64,000 nt of DNA, from assembly GCA_964540635.1 (NCBI GenBank), contig CAZINP010000003.1, forward strand, positions 43,892 through 107,891, in the 5' to 3' direction. The DNA is from an uncultured Gammaproteobacteria bacterium. GTDB lineage: Bacteria > Patescibacteriota > Patescibacteriia > Buchananbacterales > UBA6539. Both the position numbers and the translations under genes were made by a program. The notes beneath the pieces were generated by a model, which ran no database searches, was not told where the DNA came from, and worked only from the letters and a program-made list of their open reading frames with translations. This document shows, piece after piece, positions 1-8,291 of the stretch; the stretch's first letter is position 1, and every line of letters starts with the position of its first letter.

Positions 1-213
1 TTGCGTGATTCCAGCTTGGTTCAATACGATGAGACCGGATCAATCGGTAAGCGCTATCGCCGTCAAGACGAAATTGGTACGCCATATTGCATTACTATTG
101 ATTTTGAAACATTGGAAGATAAGGCTGTTACTGTCAGGGATAGAGATACTATGCAGCAGGAAAGAATTAAAATTAGTGAGATAAAAAATTATTTTAGCGA
201 CAAGCTAAATTAA
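1..213 (+). CDS. glyS: glycyl-tRNA synthetase (alpha2-type GlyRS), C-terminal anticodon-binding fragment; 5' end lies upstream of window
   Basis: Translation [42 protein letters not shown] matches the conserved GlyRS C-terminal motif ([18 protein letters not shown]). The ORF runs from base 1 with no upstream start, so it is partial. Confidence 0.6.
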   Translation: MRDSSLVQYDETGSIGKRYRRQDEIGTPYCITIDFETLEDKAVTVRDRDTMQQERIKISEIKNYFSDKLN

Positions 214-288
214 TAACTAAAACAAGAAATTTAATTAAAAACATCCAATATAAATTGGAATTTGTTATTTGTTGCTTGCAATTTTTTT

Positions 289-1557
289 ATGTATAAAAAA
301 CAAAAACTCAAAAATGGTTTAAGATTAATCACCGCCCCCCTTAAAGATACCAAAGCGGTTACGGTTTTAATTTTATTGCCAGTTGGCTCAAGGTATGAAG
401 TCGAAAAAAACAATGGTGTATCTCACTTTATTGAGCACTTGATGTTTAAGGGAACGGAAAAAAGACCAACTTCACTTGATTTAACCAAAGAGCTTGATGC
501 TATTGGTGCCGAATATAACGCTTTTACTTCAAAAGATCATACCGGTTATTATATTAAAGCTGCGGCTGATAATATTGAATTGGCTTTTGATATATTATCT
601 GATATGATTTTTAATTCCACTTTTAAATTTGAAGAAATCGAAAAGGAAAGAGGCGTAATCGTGGAAGAAATTAATATGTATGAGGATAATCCGATGATGA
701 TGATCCAAACGATTTTTGAAGAGACGTTGTTTGAAGAAAGCCCATTGGGCCGGTGGATTTCGGGTCCGCGGGAAATAATCAAAAAAATCAGTCGTCAAGA
801 AATTATAAAATATCGGGATAATCATTACTATCCGGCCAATATGGTTGTGACGGTTGCAGGTAAATTTTCTGAAAAAAAAGTAAAAAATTTGGCCGAAAAA
901 TATTTCGGTAAGTCTCGCCTAAAAAAGCATAAACCTAATTTTGAGCCGTTTTCTTCAAAACAGAACGGCCCCAGAGTCAAAATTAATTATAAAGAAACCG
1001 AACAGGTTCAGCTTTGTTTGGGCGTGCCGGCTTTTGCTTTAGATGATCCCAAGATGTACCCATTATATCTTTTGGCCGTGATTTTAGGCGGCAATATGTC
1101 TTCCAGGCTTTTTGCCAGTGTCAGAGAAGAAAAGGGTTTGGCCTATTACATCAGAACCGATATTTCCCATTATCAAGATACCGGCAATTTTTTGGTTCAA
1201 GCCGGTTTGGATAAGAATCGAATTCAAGAAGCGATCATCTTAATTCTTTCGGAATTAAAAAAGACGGCTCTTCAAGGGGTGACGCCAAAAGAATTGCTTT
1301 CAGCCAAAAATTTCTTAAAAGGCAAATTAATTTTGGATTTGGAAGATTGTGAAAGTTTTGCCGATTGGTTTGGCAAACAAGAATTACTTTCCAAAAAAAT
1401 TCTTAAACCGGAAGATAAAATAAAAAAAATTTTTGACGTTAAGCTTGAACAAGTTAAACAAGTGGCCGAAGAATTGTTTAAATCCCAAAAACTGAATTTG
1501 GCCCTAATTGGTCCATTTAAAGACAAAGATAAATTTAAATCCTTGTTAAAATTTTAG
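289..1557 (+). CDS. M16 family zinc metallopeptidase (insulinase/pitrilysin-like)
   Basis: HFIEHLMFKGT inverted zinc-binding HxxEH motif; ~420 aa M16 architecture; likely start ATG 289 (MYKKQKLKNG), in frame with the longer ORF from 262. Confidence 0.8.
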   Translation: MYKKQKLKNGLRLITAPLKDTKAVTVLILLPVGSRYEVEKNNGVSHFIEHLMFKGTEKRPTSLDLTKELDAIGAEYNAFTSKDHTGYYIKAAADNIELAFDILSDMIFNSTFKFEEIEKERGVIVEEINMYEDNPMMMIQTIFEETLFEESPLGRWISGPREIIKKISRQEIIKYRDNHYYPANMVVTVAGKFSEKKVKNLAEKYFGKSRLKKHKPNFEPFSSKQNGPRVKINYKETEQVQLCLGVPAFALDDPKMYPLYLLAVILGGNMSSRLFASVREEKGLAYYIRTDISHYQDTGNFLVQAGLDKNRIQEAIILILSELKKTALQGVTPKELLSAKNFLKGKLILDLEDCESFADWFGKQELLSKKILKPEDKIKKIFDVKLEQVKQVAEELFKSQKLNLALIGPFKDKDKFKSLLKF

Positions 1558-1569
1558 CAATATAAAAAA

Positions 1570-1597
1570 CAGTCCGAAAGATTAGGACTGTTTTTTT
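1570..1597. terminator. bidirectional rho-independent terminator between convergent genes
   Basis: cagtcc-gaaagattag-ggactg hairpin followed by T7 on + strand and a T-run on - strand. Confidence 0.6.
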
Positions 1598-1599
1598 AT

Positions 1600-2067
1600 T
1601 TAAAAAATAAATACCAAAGACAATAAAGCAGCTTCAACAAAAACTTGAAAAATTATTCCTTGTATTAAAGTTAATTTAAAGGGGATGGTATTATGAATTT
1701 TTTCATGAAAATCCATTAAAGGCCTTAAAAATTTAATTTTAAAAAGAATGTAAACGGCATTGATTAAATCAGGCAGGAGTCCGCCAAAAACACCAAAAGC
1801 AATTATCAAATCTACGGGTAGTTTTTCAAAATAGCATAAAATTGTCAATATTAAAGACATGATTATCATGTCTAGAGTCGCAATAACAACGACAAAATTT
1901 AATTCTTTTTTGCTTGGGTTCTTAGGATCATCAAATAGATTTTCATCACCGTGCGGGATTAAATCAAAAATAAAGTGAAGAAATATGGCCGTAAAAAAAC
2001 CGATAAAAATATTACCGCTGTATTTGGCGGCTAAGGCCCCGGTTGTGCCGTGAATGGTTGAAAACAT
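1600..2067 (-). CDS. hypothetical polytopic membrane protein (possible DUF457-like metal-dependent hydrolase)
   Basis: 155-aa ORF with several hydrophobic helices and an HFIFDLIPHGD motif; no firm family assignment. Confidence 0.4.
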   Translation of the reverse strand: MFSTIHGTTGALAAKYSGNIFIGFFTAIFLHFIFDLIPHGDENLFDDPKNPSKKELNFVVVIATLDMIIMSLILTILCYFEKLPVDLIIAFGVFGGLLPDLINAVYILFKIKFLRPLMDFHEKIHNTIPFKLTLIQGIIFQVFVEAALLSLVFIF

Positions 2068-2153
2068 AATTTAAAGGGTAATTTATTTAATCATATCAAA
2101 ACCTTTGACAAATTTCAATTATTTATTTATAATGTTATCTGTAACGTATTTTT

Positions 2154-2238
2154 GCCGAAGTGGCGGAACTGGTAGACGCGCACGACTCAAAATCGTGTTG
2201 GGCAACCCCCAGTGAGAGTTCGAGTCTCTCCTTCGGCA
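2154..2238 (+). tRNA. tRNA-Leu (anticodon CAA), long variable arm
   Basis: gccgaag acceptor stem pairs with cttcggc; GTAGAC D-loop; anticodon loop cuCAAaa; long extra arm; GTTCGAGTC T-loop; CCA not encoded. Confidence 0.85.
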
Positions 2239-2282
2239 GATTGACAATCAAGGCTATCTCGTATATTATTAATTGATATCGA

Positions 2283-2358
2283 CGCGGGGTGGAGCAGCTA
2301 GCAGCTCGTCGGGCCCATAACCCGAAGGTCGTGGGTGCAAATCCCACCCCCGCTACCA
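2283..2358 (+). tRNA. initiator tRNA-fMet (anticodon CAT)
   Basis: CGCGGGGTGGAGCAGC...GTCGGGCCCATAACCCGAAGGTCGTGGGTGCAAATCCCACCCCCGCTACCA closely resembles bacterial tRNA-fMet. It has the three G-C pairs in the anticodon stem, a C1:U72 mismatch, and an encoded CCA. Confidence 0.85.
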
Positions 2359-2390
2359 AAATATTAAATTTTCATATATTTTTTTGTGAT

Positions 2391-2467
2391 GGCGAGGTAG
2401 CTCAGTTGGTTAGAGCGAAGGAATCATAACCCTTAGGTCGGCGGTTCGATCCCGCCCCTCGCTACCA
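2391..2467 (+). tRNA. tRNA with CAT anticodon (elongator Met or lysidine-modified Ile2)
   Basis: GGCGAGGTAGCTCAGTTGGTTAGAGC...aTCATAa anticodon loop...GGTTCGATCCCGCC...CTCGCTACCA; CCA encoded. Met and Ile2 identity cannot be distinguished by eye. Confidence 0.8.
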
Positions 2468-2487
2468 TTTAAAATTTTTATAATAGT

Positions 2488-2541
2488 CAGGCTTATGGCC
2501 TGTTTTTTTATAAAAAAACCCGGATGATATTTTATCCGGGG
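2488..2541. terminator. two hairpin terminators (one for the + tRNA cluster, one for the - gene 2562..2909)
   Basis: caggc-ttatg-gcctg followed by T7 (+ strand). A-run then ccgga...tccgg, which reads as hairpin+T-run on the - strand. Confidence 0.5.
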
Positions 2542-2561
2542 GCAATGAATAGTTTTCATCT

Positions 2562-2909
2562 TTAGCCGTTCAAACAACCGCATGGGGTTACGGCCGAAGC
2601 AATTAATTCATAGCGCCTAGGACCAAGAACAAAGGCTAGTTCGGCCAACAGTTTTTGGAATTTTTTCTTATTCCATTTTTTTGAAATGAGCACTTTGGTA
2701 ATCTTCAGAATCAACTCCCTTAATTTCGGGCCGTAAACCAACTCCCAGTTTACGGTCATGGGGTCATTGTTCAGCCATTTGGGAAAAATCGCGATTGCGT
2801 CTTCAATGTTGTAGGACTCCGGCTGTGATTGCAATTCATTAATGAACGTTTGGCAGTTTTTTATACGCCTTTCAAAAACCTTAATTACTTCTTCGATTGT
2901 CATGACCAA
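2562..2909 (-). CDS. hypothetical protein (115 aa), tRNA-adjacent
   Basis: Clean ORF flanked by a terminator; no recognisable motif. Confidence 0.35.
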   Translation of the reverse strand: MVMTIEEVIKVFERRIKNCQTFINELQSQPESYNIEDAIAIFPKWLNNDPMTVNWELVYGPKLRELILKITKVLISKKWNKKKFQKLLAELAFVLGPRRYELIASAVTPCGCLNG

Positions 2910-3075
2910 TCCCTTTTTGTTGATTGCTTCTTAATTTTATCAGTTTATTATCCGTTTAAAGAAACCTAGAGTTCATTTTACATAAAATCAATTTTTAAAG
3001 CAAATAAGTTTAAATATCATTATTTTTTAACCGGCCCCCCTTGTGAGAAAGGGCTTTTTTTATTATAATTAAAAT

Positions 3076-3849
3076 ATGTCAAGAGTCATTGCCATTGTTA
3101 ATCAAAAAGGCGGAGTTGGTAAAACGACCACTGCCGTAAACCTGGGCGCCTATCTGGCGATGCTGGGTAAATTTGTGCTGTTAATTGACATTGACCCTCA
3201 GGCCAATGCCACTTCTGGCCTTGGAATTGATCACAATATTTTGGATAAGGGTGTTTATCACGCGCTTTTTCAGGAAACATCAATCAGGGATATTTTAAAA
3301 AATACCCCACATCAGGGTTATCGGGTGGCACCGGCTACGGCTGATTTGGCCGGAGCGAGAGTTGAGTTAGTTGGCCTTGATAGTCGAGAATTCCTTTTGC
3401 GAGATAGAATTTTGGAAATAAAGAACGATTTTGATTATATTATTATTGATTGTCCGCCTTCACTTGATTTATTAACCATTAATGGCTTGGTGGCCGCTGA
3501 AGAGATTTTAATTCCAGTGCAGGCCGAATATATGGCTTTGGAGGGTTTGGGTCAGCTCTTAAATACGATAAATTTAATAAAAGAAAATTTAAAACCGGAA
3601 TTAAAAATTTTGGGAGCAGTGGTGACCATGTTTGATAAAAGGAACAGATTATCTTCACAGGTTGAAGGCGATTTGCGGCAGAATTTTCCGCACCCTGTTT
3701 TAAAAACGGTTATTCCCCGAAACGTTCGATTAACCGAGGCGCCAAGTTTTGGACAATCAATACTTTCTTATGACGCCAGATCGGCCGGCGGCCAAGCATA
3801 CCAAGAGTTGGCCCGAGAGCTGATTGGTCAGGAATATTTTATAGTGTAA
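3076..3849 (+). CDS. parA: chromosome partitioning ATPase ParA/Soj
   Basis: Deviant Walker A KGGVGKTTTAVNLGAYLA; typical ParA length; followed by parB. Confidence 0.9.
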   Translation: MSRVIAIVNQKGGVGKTTTAVNLGAYLAMLGKFVLLIDIDPQANATSGLGIDHNILDKGVYHALFQETSIRDILKNTPHQGYRVAPATADLAGARVELVGLDSREFLLRDRILEIKNDFDYIIIDCPPSLDLLTINGLVAAEEILIPVQAEYMALEGLGQLLNTINLIKENLKPELKILGAVVTMFDKRNRLSSQVEGDLRQNFPHPVLKTVIPRNVRLTEAPSFGQSILSYDARSAGGQAYQELARELIGQEYFIV

Positions 3850-3870
3850 AAATAAATAAAGATTAGATAT

Positions 3871-4737
3871 ATGGCAAAAACTTACGGTTTGGGTAAAGGT
3901 CTTAGTTCCTTAATCCCGCCAAAATCACAGTCAAATACTATTAAGTCTGATTCACCGATTTTGCCAGACCAGGAAAGAATAGTTCAAGTTCCGCTTGAAA
4001 AGGTTAGGGCAAACCCTTTGCAGCCGCGACATAATTTTGAGCACGAGGCAATGGAAGATCTGACCAATTCTATCAGAGAACATGGTATTCTTCAGCCCTT
4101 GATTGTTGTTAAGGATGAGAAAGGTTATGAGATTGTGGCCGGTGAGAGACGTTTTCGCGCCTCGCAAATTTTGGGCTTAAAAACCGTGCCCGTGATTGTC
4201 AGAGACATTAAGGAGCAGCAAAAACTGGAATTAGCTTTGGTTGAAAATATTCAAAGAAAAGATCTTAACCCGATTGAAGAGGCGATTGCATATCGAAGAT
4301 TGATTGATGAGTTTAATCTTACGCAAGAGGAGGCGGCCAAAAAGGTGGGTAAAAGCCGAACGGTAGTTACCAACACCTTACGCTTGCTCTCTCTGCCAAC
4401 TGAAATTCAAAAAGCGGTAATTTCTGAAAAATTACCTTATTCGGCGGCCAGGGTTATTGTTGGCTTGCCGCCGGAAGAAAGGATGAAGTTTTTTCAAAAA
4501 GTGATGAAAGAGGAGCTACCGGTTCATGCCATAGAGGAGCGGGCGAGAAAATCAAGCTCTAAGGCTAAAGCAAAAAAACCAATTGATCCTAATCTGGTTT
4601 CTTTAGAAGAAAAAATCCAAGCAATTCTGGGCACAAAGGTGACCATAAAAAAATCAGGTCAAACGGGCAGTATTATTATTGATTTTTATTCGCCCGAAGA
4701 ATTAAATGAGTTAATTTCAAAATTTAATAAATTATAA
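3871..4737 (+). CDS. parB: chromosome partitioning protein ParB/Spo0J
   Basis: GERRFRASQILGL and LVENIQRKDLNPIEEA ParB-box motifs; HTH region. Confidence 0.9.
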   Translation: MAKTYGLGKGLSSLIPPKSQSNTIKSDSPILPDQERIVQVPLEKVRANPLQPRHNFEHEAMEDLTNSIREHGILQPLIVVKDEKGYEIVAGERRFRASQILGLKTVPVIVRDIKEQQKLELALVENIQRKDLNPIEEAIAYRRLIDEFNLTQEEAAKKVGKSRTVVTNTLRLLSLPTEIQKAVISEKLPYSAARVIVGLPPEERMKFFQKVMKEELPVHAIEERARKSSSKAKAKKPIDPNLVSLEEKIQAILGTKVTIKKSGQTGSIIIDFYSPEELNELISKFNKL

Positions 4738-4741
4738 AGTT

Positions 4742-4921
4742 ATGACCGGCGAACAAAATAAAAATTCTATTCCGCCATTGCCAACAAAAATAAACACCAC
4801 TCTTGGGGTGGTTCTTATTATTTGTATGTTAATAATCGGTTCTCTGAACATTGCCGCTGCTTATGTTGGTTTAGACAGAGATGCCGGCACCGTCAGCCAG
4901 AATGTCAGTTTAAAAAAATAA
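4742..4921 (+). CDS. possible small membrane protein (59 aa)
   Basis: ATG 5 nt after the parB stop, one TM helix (LGVVLIICMLIIGSLNIAAAY), ends just before the terminator. It is below the ORF-track size cutoff and speculative. Confidence 0.25.
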   Translation: MTGEQNKNSIPPLPTKINTTLGVVLIICMLIIGSLNIAAAYVGLDRDAGTVSQNVSLKK

Positions 4922-4931
4922 TACAAAATTT

Positions 4932-4962
4932 AAAAAATTCCGCCTAAGAGGCGGAATTTTTA
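4932..4962. terminator. bidirectional rho-independent terminator (parAB operon / rel)
   Basis: A6-ttccgcc-taaga-ggcggaa-T5; the rel stop codon lies in the T-run. Confidence 0.65.
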
Positions 4963-6462
4963 TTTTGGTAATTTTGACCTGATTTTACTTCTTGCTGCTT
5001 GCGTTTTGGCAAATAGCAGCCAATCTCTATTGGGTCCTTTGCGGTGTTTGTCGGTAACAATTTCAACTACATCACCACTTTTTAAAGTGGTATCGCAAGA
5101 GGCCATAACTCCGTTAACCTTACCGCCAACACAATGATCGCCAATCCAGGTGTGAACATCATAAGCAAAATCAACCACCGTTGCTTCTTCCGGTAAATCG
5201 ATAACGTCGCCATTAGGGGTGAAAACAAAAATTCTGTTCTTAAAGAAATCAAGATTTAGGCTGTCTAAATATTGTTCATTGTCTTGTATTTCTTTTTGCC
5301 AGTCAACAAGATCTTGGATCCATTTAAATTTTTTAGGAAGCTCCCTGCCTTTTTCCCCGATTTTTTTAGGGTTTTTATCGCTTTCTTTATAGTGCCAATG
5401 GGCGGCAATACCATATTCGGCCTGTTCGTGCATTTCTGCTGTTCTAATTTGAAATTCAACAATCTTTCCCTCAAGGCAAAAAATTGTTGTATGTAATGAT
5501 CGATAACCGTTTGGTTTTGGTTGGGCAATATAATCTTTTATTCTGCCGGGCAGAGGCTTCCATAAGTGATGAATTATGCCGAGGGCGTGGTAGCAATCGG
5601 AAACATCTTTAACAATAATTCTAAGAGCGACTAAATCATAAATTTTATTTACGTCGCCATTATATTGCGGTCGGCGAAGCTTTTGAAAAAGGCTGTATAA
5701 ACGTTTGGCCCGACCGTGAATTGATGTGATTTTTATATTTTCTTTTGAGAGTTCTTTTTCAACGATTTTTATGACGCGATTAACATAATCCATTTGGATT
5801 TTAATCTGAGGAATAATCTCTGTTTGCATCCAGTGATATTCTTTGGGGTAAACATAAGGGAAGGCTAAATCTTCAATTTCACCTTTGACAAAACCCATAC
5901 CTAGACGGTTTGCAATGGGCGCATAAATTTCAAGTGATTCTTTAGCAATACGTTCCTGTTTTTCCGGCGGCAGAGCTTTTAAGGTTCTAAGATTATGGAG
6001 GCGGTCAGCCATTTTTATCAGAATAATTCTTATATCCTGAGCCATTGAAATAAACATCCGCCTTAAATTTTCGGCATATCTTTCCATGCCACGATATTTG
6101 ATGACGCCTAATTTAGTAATGCCCCCAACAAGTTTTGCCACTTCGGGTCCGAAGTTTTTTTCCACATCAACCAGGCTGTAATTAGTGTCTTCCGGTACAT
6201 CGTGGAGTAGGGCAGCGATTATGGTTGGCTGGTCCATGCCCATTTTGGCCAGGGTAATTGCCGTCTCAAGCGGGTGAATGATGTATGGCTCACCCGACTT
6301 TCTTTTTTGCCCGCCATGCGCTTCATTGGCAAAATCGTATGCCAATTTTATCATGTCAATATCGTAACTATTATTTTTTTTCTTGAGCACCTCAAAAACG
6401 GGTATTTTGCTGTTACCACGCGTGTCTTTTATTGCTTTGATTAAATCATTTAAATCAGGCAT
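4960..6462 (-). CDS. rel: RelA/SpoT-family bifunctional (p)ppGpp synthetase/hydrolase, short form (HD + synthetase + TGS, no C-terminal ACT)
   Basis: HD domain (HDVPEDT), synthetase domain (ALRIIVKDVSDCYHALGIIHHLWKPLPGRIKDYIAQPKPNGYRSLHTT), TGS-like C-terminus; 500 aa. Confidence 0.85.
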   Translation of the reverse strand: MPDLNDLIKAIKDTRGNSKIPVFEVLKKKNNSYDIDMIKLAYDFANEAHGGQKRKSGEPYIIHPLETAITLAKMGMDQPTIIAALLHDVPEDTNYSLVDVEKNFGPEVAKLVGGITKLGVIKYRGMERYAENLRRMFISMAQDIRIILIKMADRLHNLRTLKALPPEKQERIAKESLEIYAPIANRLGMGFVKGEIEDLAFPYVYPKEYHWMQTEIIPQIKIQMDYVNRVIKIVEKELSKENIKITSIHGRAKRLYSLFQKLRRPQYNGDVNKIYDLVALRIIVKDVSDCYHALGIIHHLWKPLPGRIKDYIAQPKPNGYRSLHTTIFCLEGKIVEFQIRTAEMHEQAEYGIAAHWHYKESDKNPKKIGEKGRELPKKFKWIQDLVDWQKEIQDNEQYLDSLNLDFFKNRIFVFTPNGDVIDLPEEATVVDFAYDVHTWIGDHCVGGKVNGVMASCDTTLKSGDVVEIVTDKHRKGPNRDWLLFAKTQAARSKIRSKLPK

Positions 6463-6510
6463 ATAATGATTTTAGTATAGATTAAAACAGGTTAAAAGGC
6501 AAAAATGAGA

Positions 6511-6539
6511 TTGACATTGATATTTTTTTATGCTATACT
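6511..6539 (+). promoter_or_regulatory. sigma70-type promoter TTGACA-N17-TATACT
   Basis: Exact -35 consensus, 17-nt spacer, 5/6 match at -10. Confidence 0.5.
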
Positions 6540-6551
6540 TAAAACAGTTGG

Positions 6552-6575
6552 TAGGCAAGTGCCTATCTTTTTTAT
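6552..6575 (+). promoter_or_regulatory. promoter-proximal leader hairpin + U-run (copy 1 of a duplicated element)
   Basis: taggc-aagt-gccta followed by tcttttttat, about 10 nt after the predicted +1. Confidence 0.3.
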
Positions 6576-6595
6576 ATAAATAATATGCTAAATTT

Positions 6596-7567
6596 ATGAT
6601 AAATTTAAGCACAGTTGACCTGAATTATATTTATTTAGTTTTTATTATTATTGCCTCTGGGGTTATTGTATTAATTTGGCGCGGAGACAATCTTAAGAAT
6701 TTTTTTCGCTTTTTTCGCGGTAATTCGATAACGACATTGATTCAATATTCAAAAGATTTAACGTGGATGGCCCAAGAAGGTAAGCTTGATCCGGTGATTG
6801 GCCGAGAAAAAGAAATTGACCGCGTAATTCAAGTTTTGTGTCGCAGAACTAAAAATAATCCTGTCTTAATCGGTAAGTCAGGTGTCGGCAAAACGGCAAT
6901 TGCCGAGGGTTTAGCTTTGGCTATAAACGAAGAAAAGGTGCCAGACATACTTTTAAATAAAAAAGTATTAGCCCTTGATTTAGCAAGCATTGTAGCCGGG
7001 ACAAAGTATCGAGGAGAATTTGAAAAAAGATTAAAAAAAATTGCTGATGAAATTTCAGCGTCAAATCGTAGTATAATCTTATTTATTGATGAAATTCATA
7101 CTTTGGCTCAGGCTGGCAGTGCGGAAGGTTCAATGGATGCCGACGATATTTTGAAGCCGGCTCTTTCGCGCGGCGAACTCCAGGTGATAGGTGCTACAAC
7201 CATTGAAGAGTATCGAGATTTTATAAAAAATGATGTAACATTGGATCGCCGCCTTCATCCGATATTGGTTGATGAGCCAGACAAGGAAGAAACCATTGAG
7301 ATTTTAAAAGGAATAAAAAGAAAATATGAACAGTTTCATAAGGTTAAGATTACGGATGAGGCTATCATTGCCTCTGTTGAGTTGGCTGAAAAAAACATAA
7401 AGGATAAATTTTTTCCCGACAAGGCAATTGATTTGATGGATGAGGCTGCGTCAAAAGTTAATATTGAAAACGTAGATGATCAGAATCAAGAATATTGGCC
7501 TCAGGTTGGTAAGGCCGAGGTTGAAGCGGTTATGCAAGAATGGTTGGAGGGCGGTTTAGCCAAATAA
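6596..7567 (+). CDS. membrane-anchored ClpA/ClpB-type AAA+ ATPase, single D1 (NBD1) module only
   Basis: N-terminal TM helix, then [18 protein letters not shown], Walker A GKSGVGKT, Walker [11 protein letters not shown] (ClpB/ClpC NBD1 signature). The ORF ends after NBD1 with no NBD2 downstream. Confidence 0.6.
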   Translation: MINLSTVDLNYIYLVFIIIASGVIVLIWRGDNLKNFFRFFRGNSITTLIQYSKDLTWMAQEGKLDPVIGREKEIDRVIQVLCRRTKNNPVLIGKSGVGKTAIAEGLALAINEEKVPDILLNKKVLALDLASIVAGTKYRGEFEKRLKKIADEISASNRSIILFIDEIHTLAQAGSAEGSMDADDILKPALSRGELQVIGATTIEEYRDFIKNDVTLDRRLHPILVDEPDKEETIEILKGIKRKYEQFHKVKITDEAIIASVELAEKNIKDKFFPDKAIDLMDEAASKVNIENVDDQNQEYWPQVGKAEVEAVMQEWLEGGLAK

Positions 7568-7588
7568 TTTTGCTTATTTCTTTCACCC

Positions 7589-7617
7589 TTGACAAAATTA
7601 ATTTTTCGTGCTAACAT
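7589..7617 (+). promoter_or_regulatory. promoter TTGACA-N17-TAACAT
   Basis: Consensus -35 and a weaker -10. Confidence 0.35.
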
Positions 7618-7619
7618 AG

Positions 7620-7779
7620 CATTGTTGATGCTAGGTTTACCCCTAGACCAAAATACGCTTCGTGGATATCGAAGCGTATTTTGTTTTATTTATACCGAAA
7701 GATAATATTGTAAAAAATTTTTATATTTGTTATTATATATTTGCGGTTGGGAAGCTAGCGCCCTAGCATCAACATTGTT
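7620..7779. repeat. 160-bp AT-rich element bounded by 16-bp terminal inverted repeats (MITE-like or structured RNA)
   Basis: cattgttgatgctagg at 7620-7635 and its reverse complement (1 mismatch) at 7764-7779. Confidence 0.3.
7624..7688 (+). ncRNA. candidate ~65-nt small RNA (two hairpins; the second is an intrinsic terminator)
   Basis: Downstream of the promoter: ctagg-tttacc-cctag hairpin, then aaatacgcttcg-tggata-cgaagcgtattt perfect 12-bp hairpin + T-run. Confidence 0.25.
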
Positions 7780-7813
7780 TAAGGGTACAGCGACCTTCCC
7801 CCGCACTTTTGGT

Positions 7814-7842
7814 TTGACAAAAAAAACCAGCCATGCTATAAT
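7814..7842 (+). promoter_or_regulatory. perfect sigma70 consensus promoter TTGACA-N17-TATAAT
   Basis: Exact consensus hexamers with a 17-nt spacer. Confidence 0.55.
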
Positions 7843-7856
7843 GAATATGTATTGAG

Positions 7857-7880
7857 ATGGGCAGAAGCCTATCCTTTTTT
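7857..7880 (+). promoter_or_regulatory. promoter-proximal leader hairpin + U-run (copy 2 of the duplicated element)
   Basis: atgggc-agaa-gcctat followed by ccttttttat; about 19/22 identical to the element at 6552..6575. Confidence 0.3.
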
Positions 7881-8022
7881 ATTTTCTTTGCCTACGGGCA
7901 AGCGCTCCAACCAAAAAGAGAGCAATAAAAACAAAAGGCCCAATTGGGTAAAAAATTTGATCTTTAAAAACAAAACTAAAAAAATTACGGCTATACGCCG
8001 TAAGTAAAACAAAAACAAAAAT

Positions 8023-8220
8023 ATGGACTCAGTTCAACCTATTGCCACGCCGCAAGAGCCACAAGCCCAGTGCAGTCCTCAACCGTGTACGCCTAAAGCG
8101 TATAATGATTGGGAATTTGATATTGGACGAACATATTTGCTTTTGACGGCAACCTTAGTGATTCCGCTTTATCTCTCAATTTCTTTGATTGCGTTTTCAC
8201 TGGGTGGTTTGGTCGTATAA
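8023..8220 (+). CDS. possible small membrane protein (65 aa)
   Basis: ORF with a C-terminal TM helix between the consensus promoter and the terminator; no SD. Weak. Confidence 0.25.
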   Translation: MDSVQPIATPQEPQAQCSPQPCTPKAYNDWEFDIGRTYLLLTATLVIPLYLSISLIAFSLGGLVV

Positions 8221-8241
8221 ATTTAAAAAATTTGTCATGAT

Positions 8242-8277
8242 AAAAAAATTCCTCCGAGCAAGCGGAGGAATTTTTTT
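8242..8277. terminator. bidirectional rho-independent terminator
   Basis: A7-ttcctccg-agcaag-cggaggaa-T7. Confidence 0.65.
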
Positions 8278-8291
8278 ATTGTTTTAAACAA

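Noticed and set aside
2135-2359. 74-aa minus-strand ORF
   Set aside because: It lies entirely over the tRNA-Leu and tRNA-fMet genes, so it is a spurious reading frame through structured RNA genes.
3062-3075. TATAAT hexamer 8 nt upstream of the parA ATG, suggesting a leaderless transcript
   Set aside because: No convincing -35 at the right spacing. It cannot be distinguished from AT-rich background by eye.
7568-8020. Possibility that this 450-bp non-coding stretch is RNase P RNA, tmRNA, 6S RNA or SRP RNA
   Set aside because: No GGAAAGUCCGG-type P4 sequence and no tRNA-like or tag-peptide region are present. Helices exist but no diagnostic conserved motifs. It is left as unclassified structured elements.
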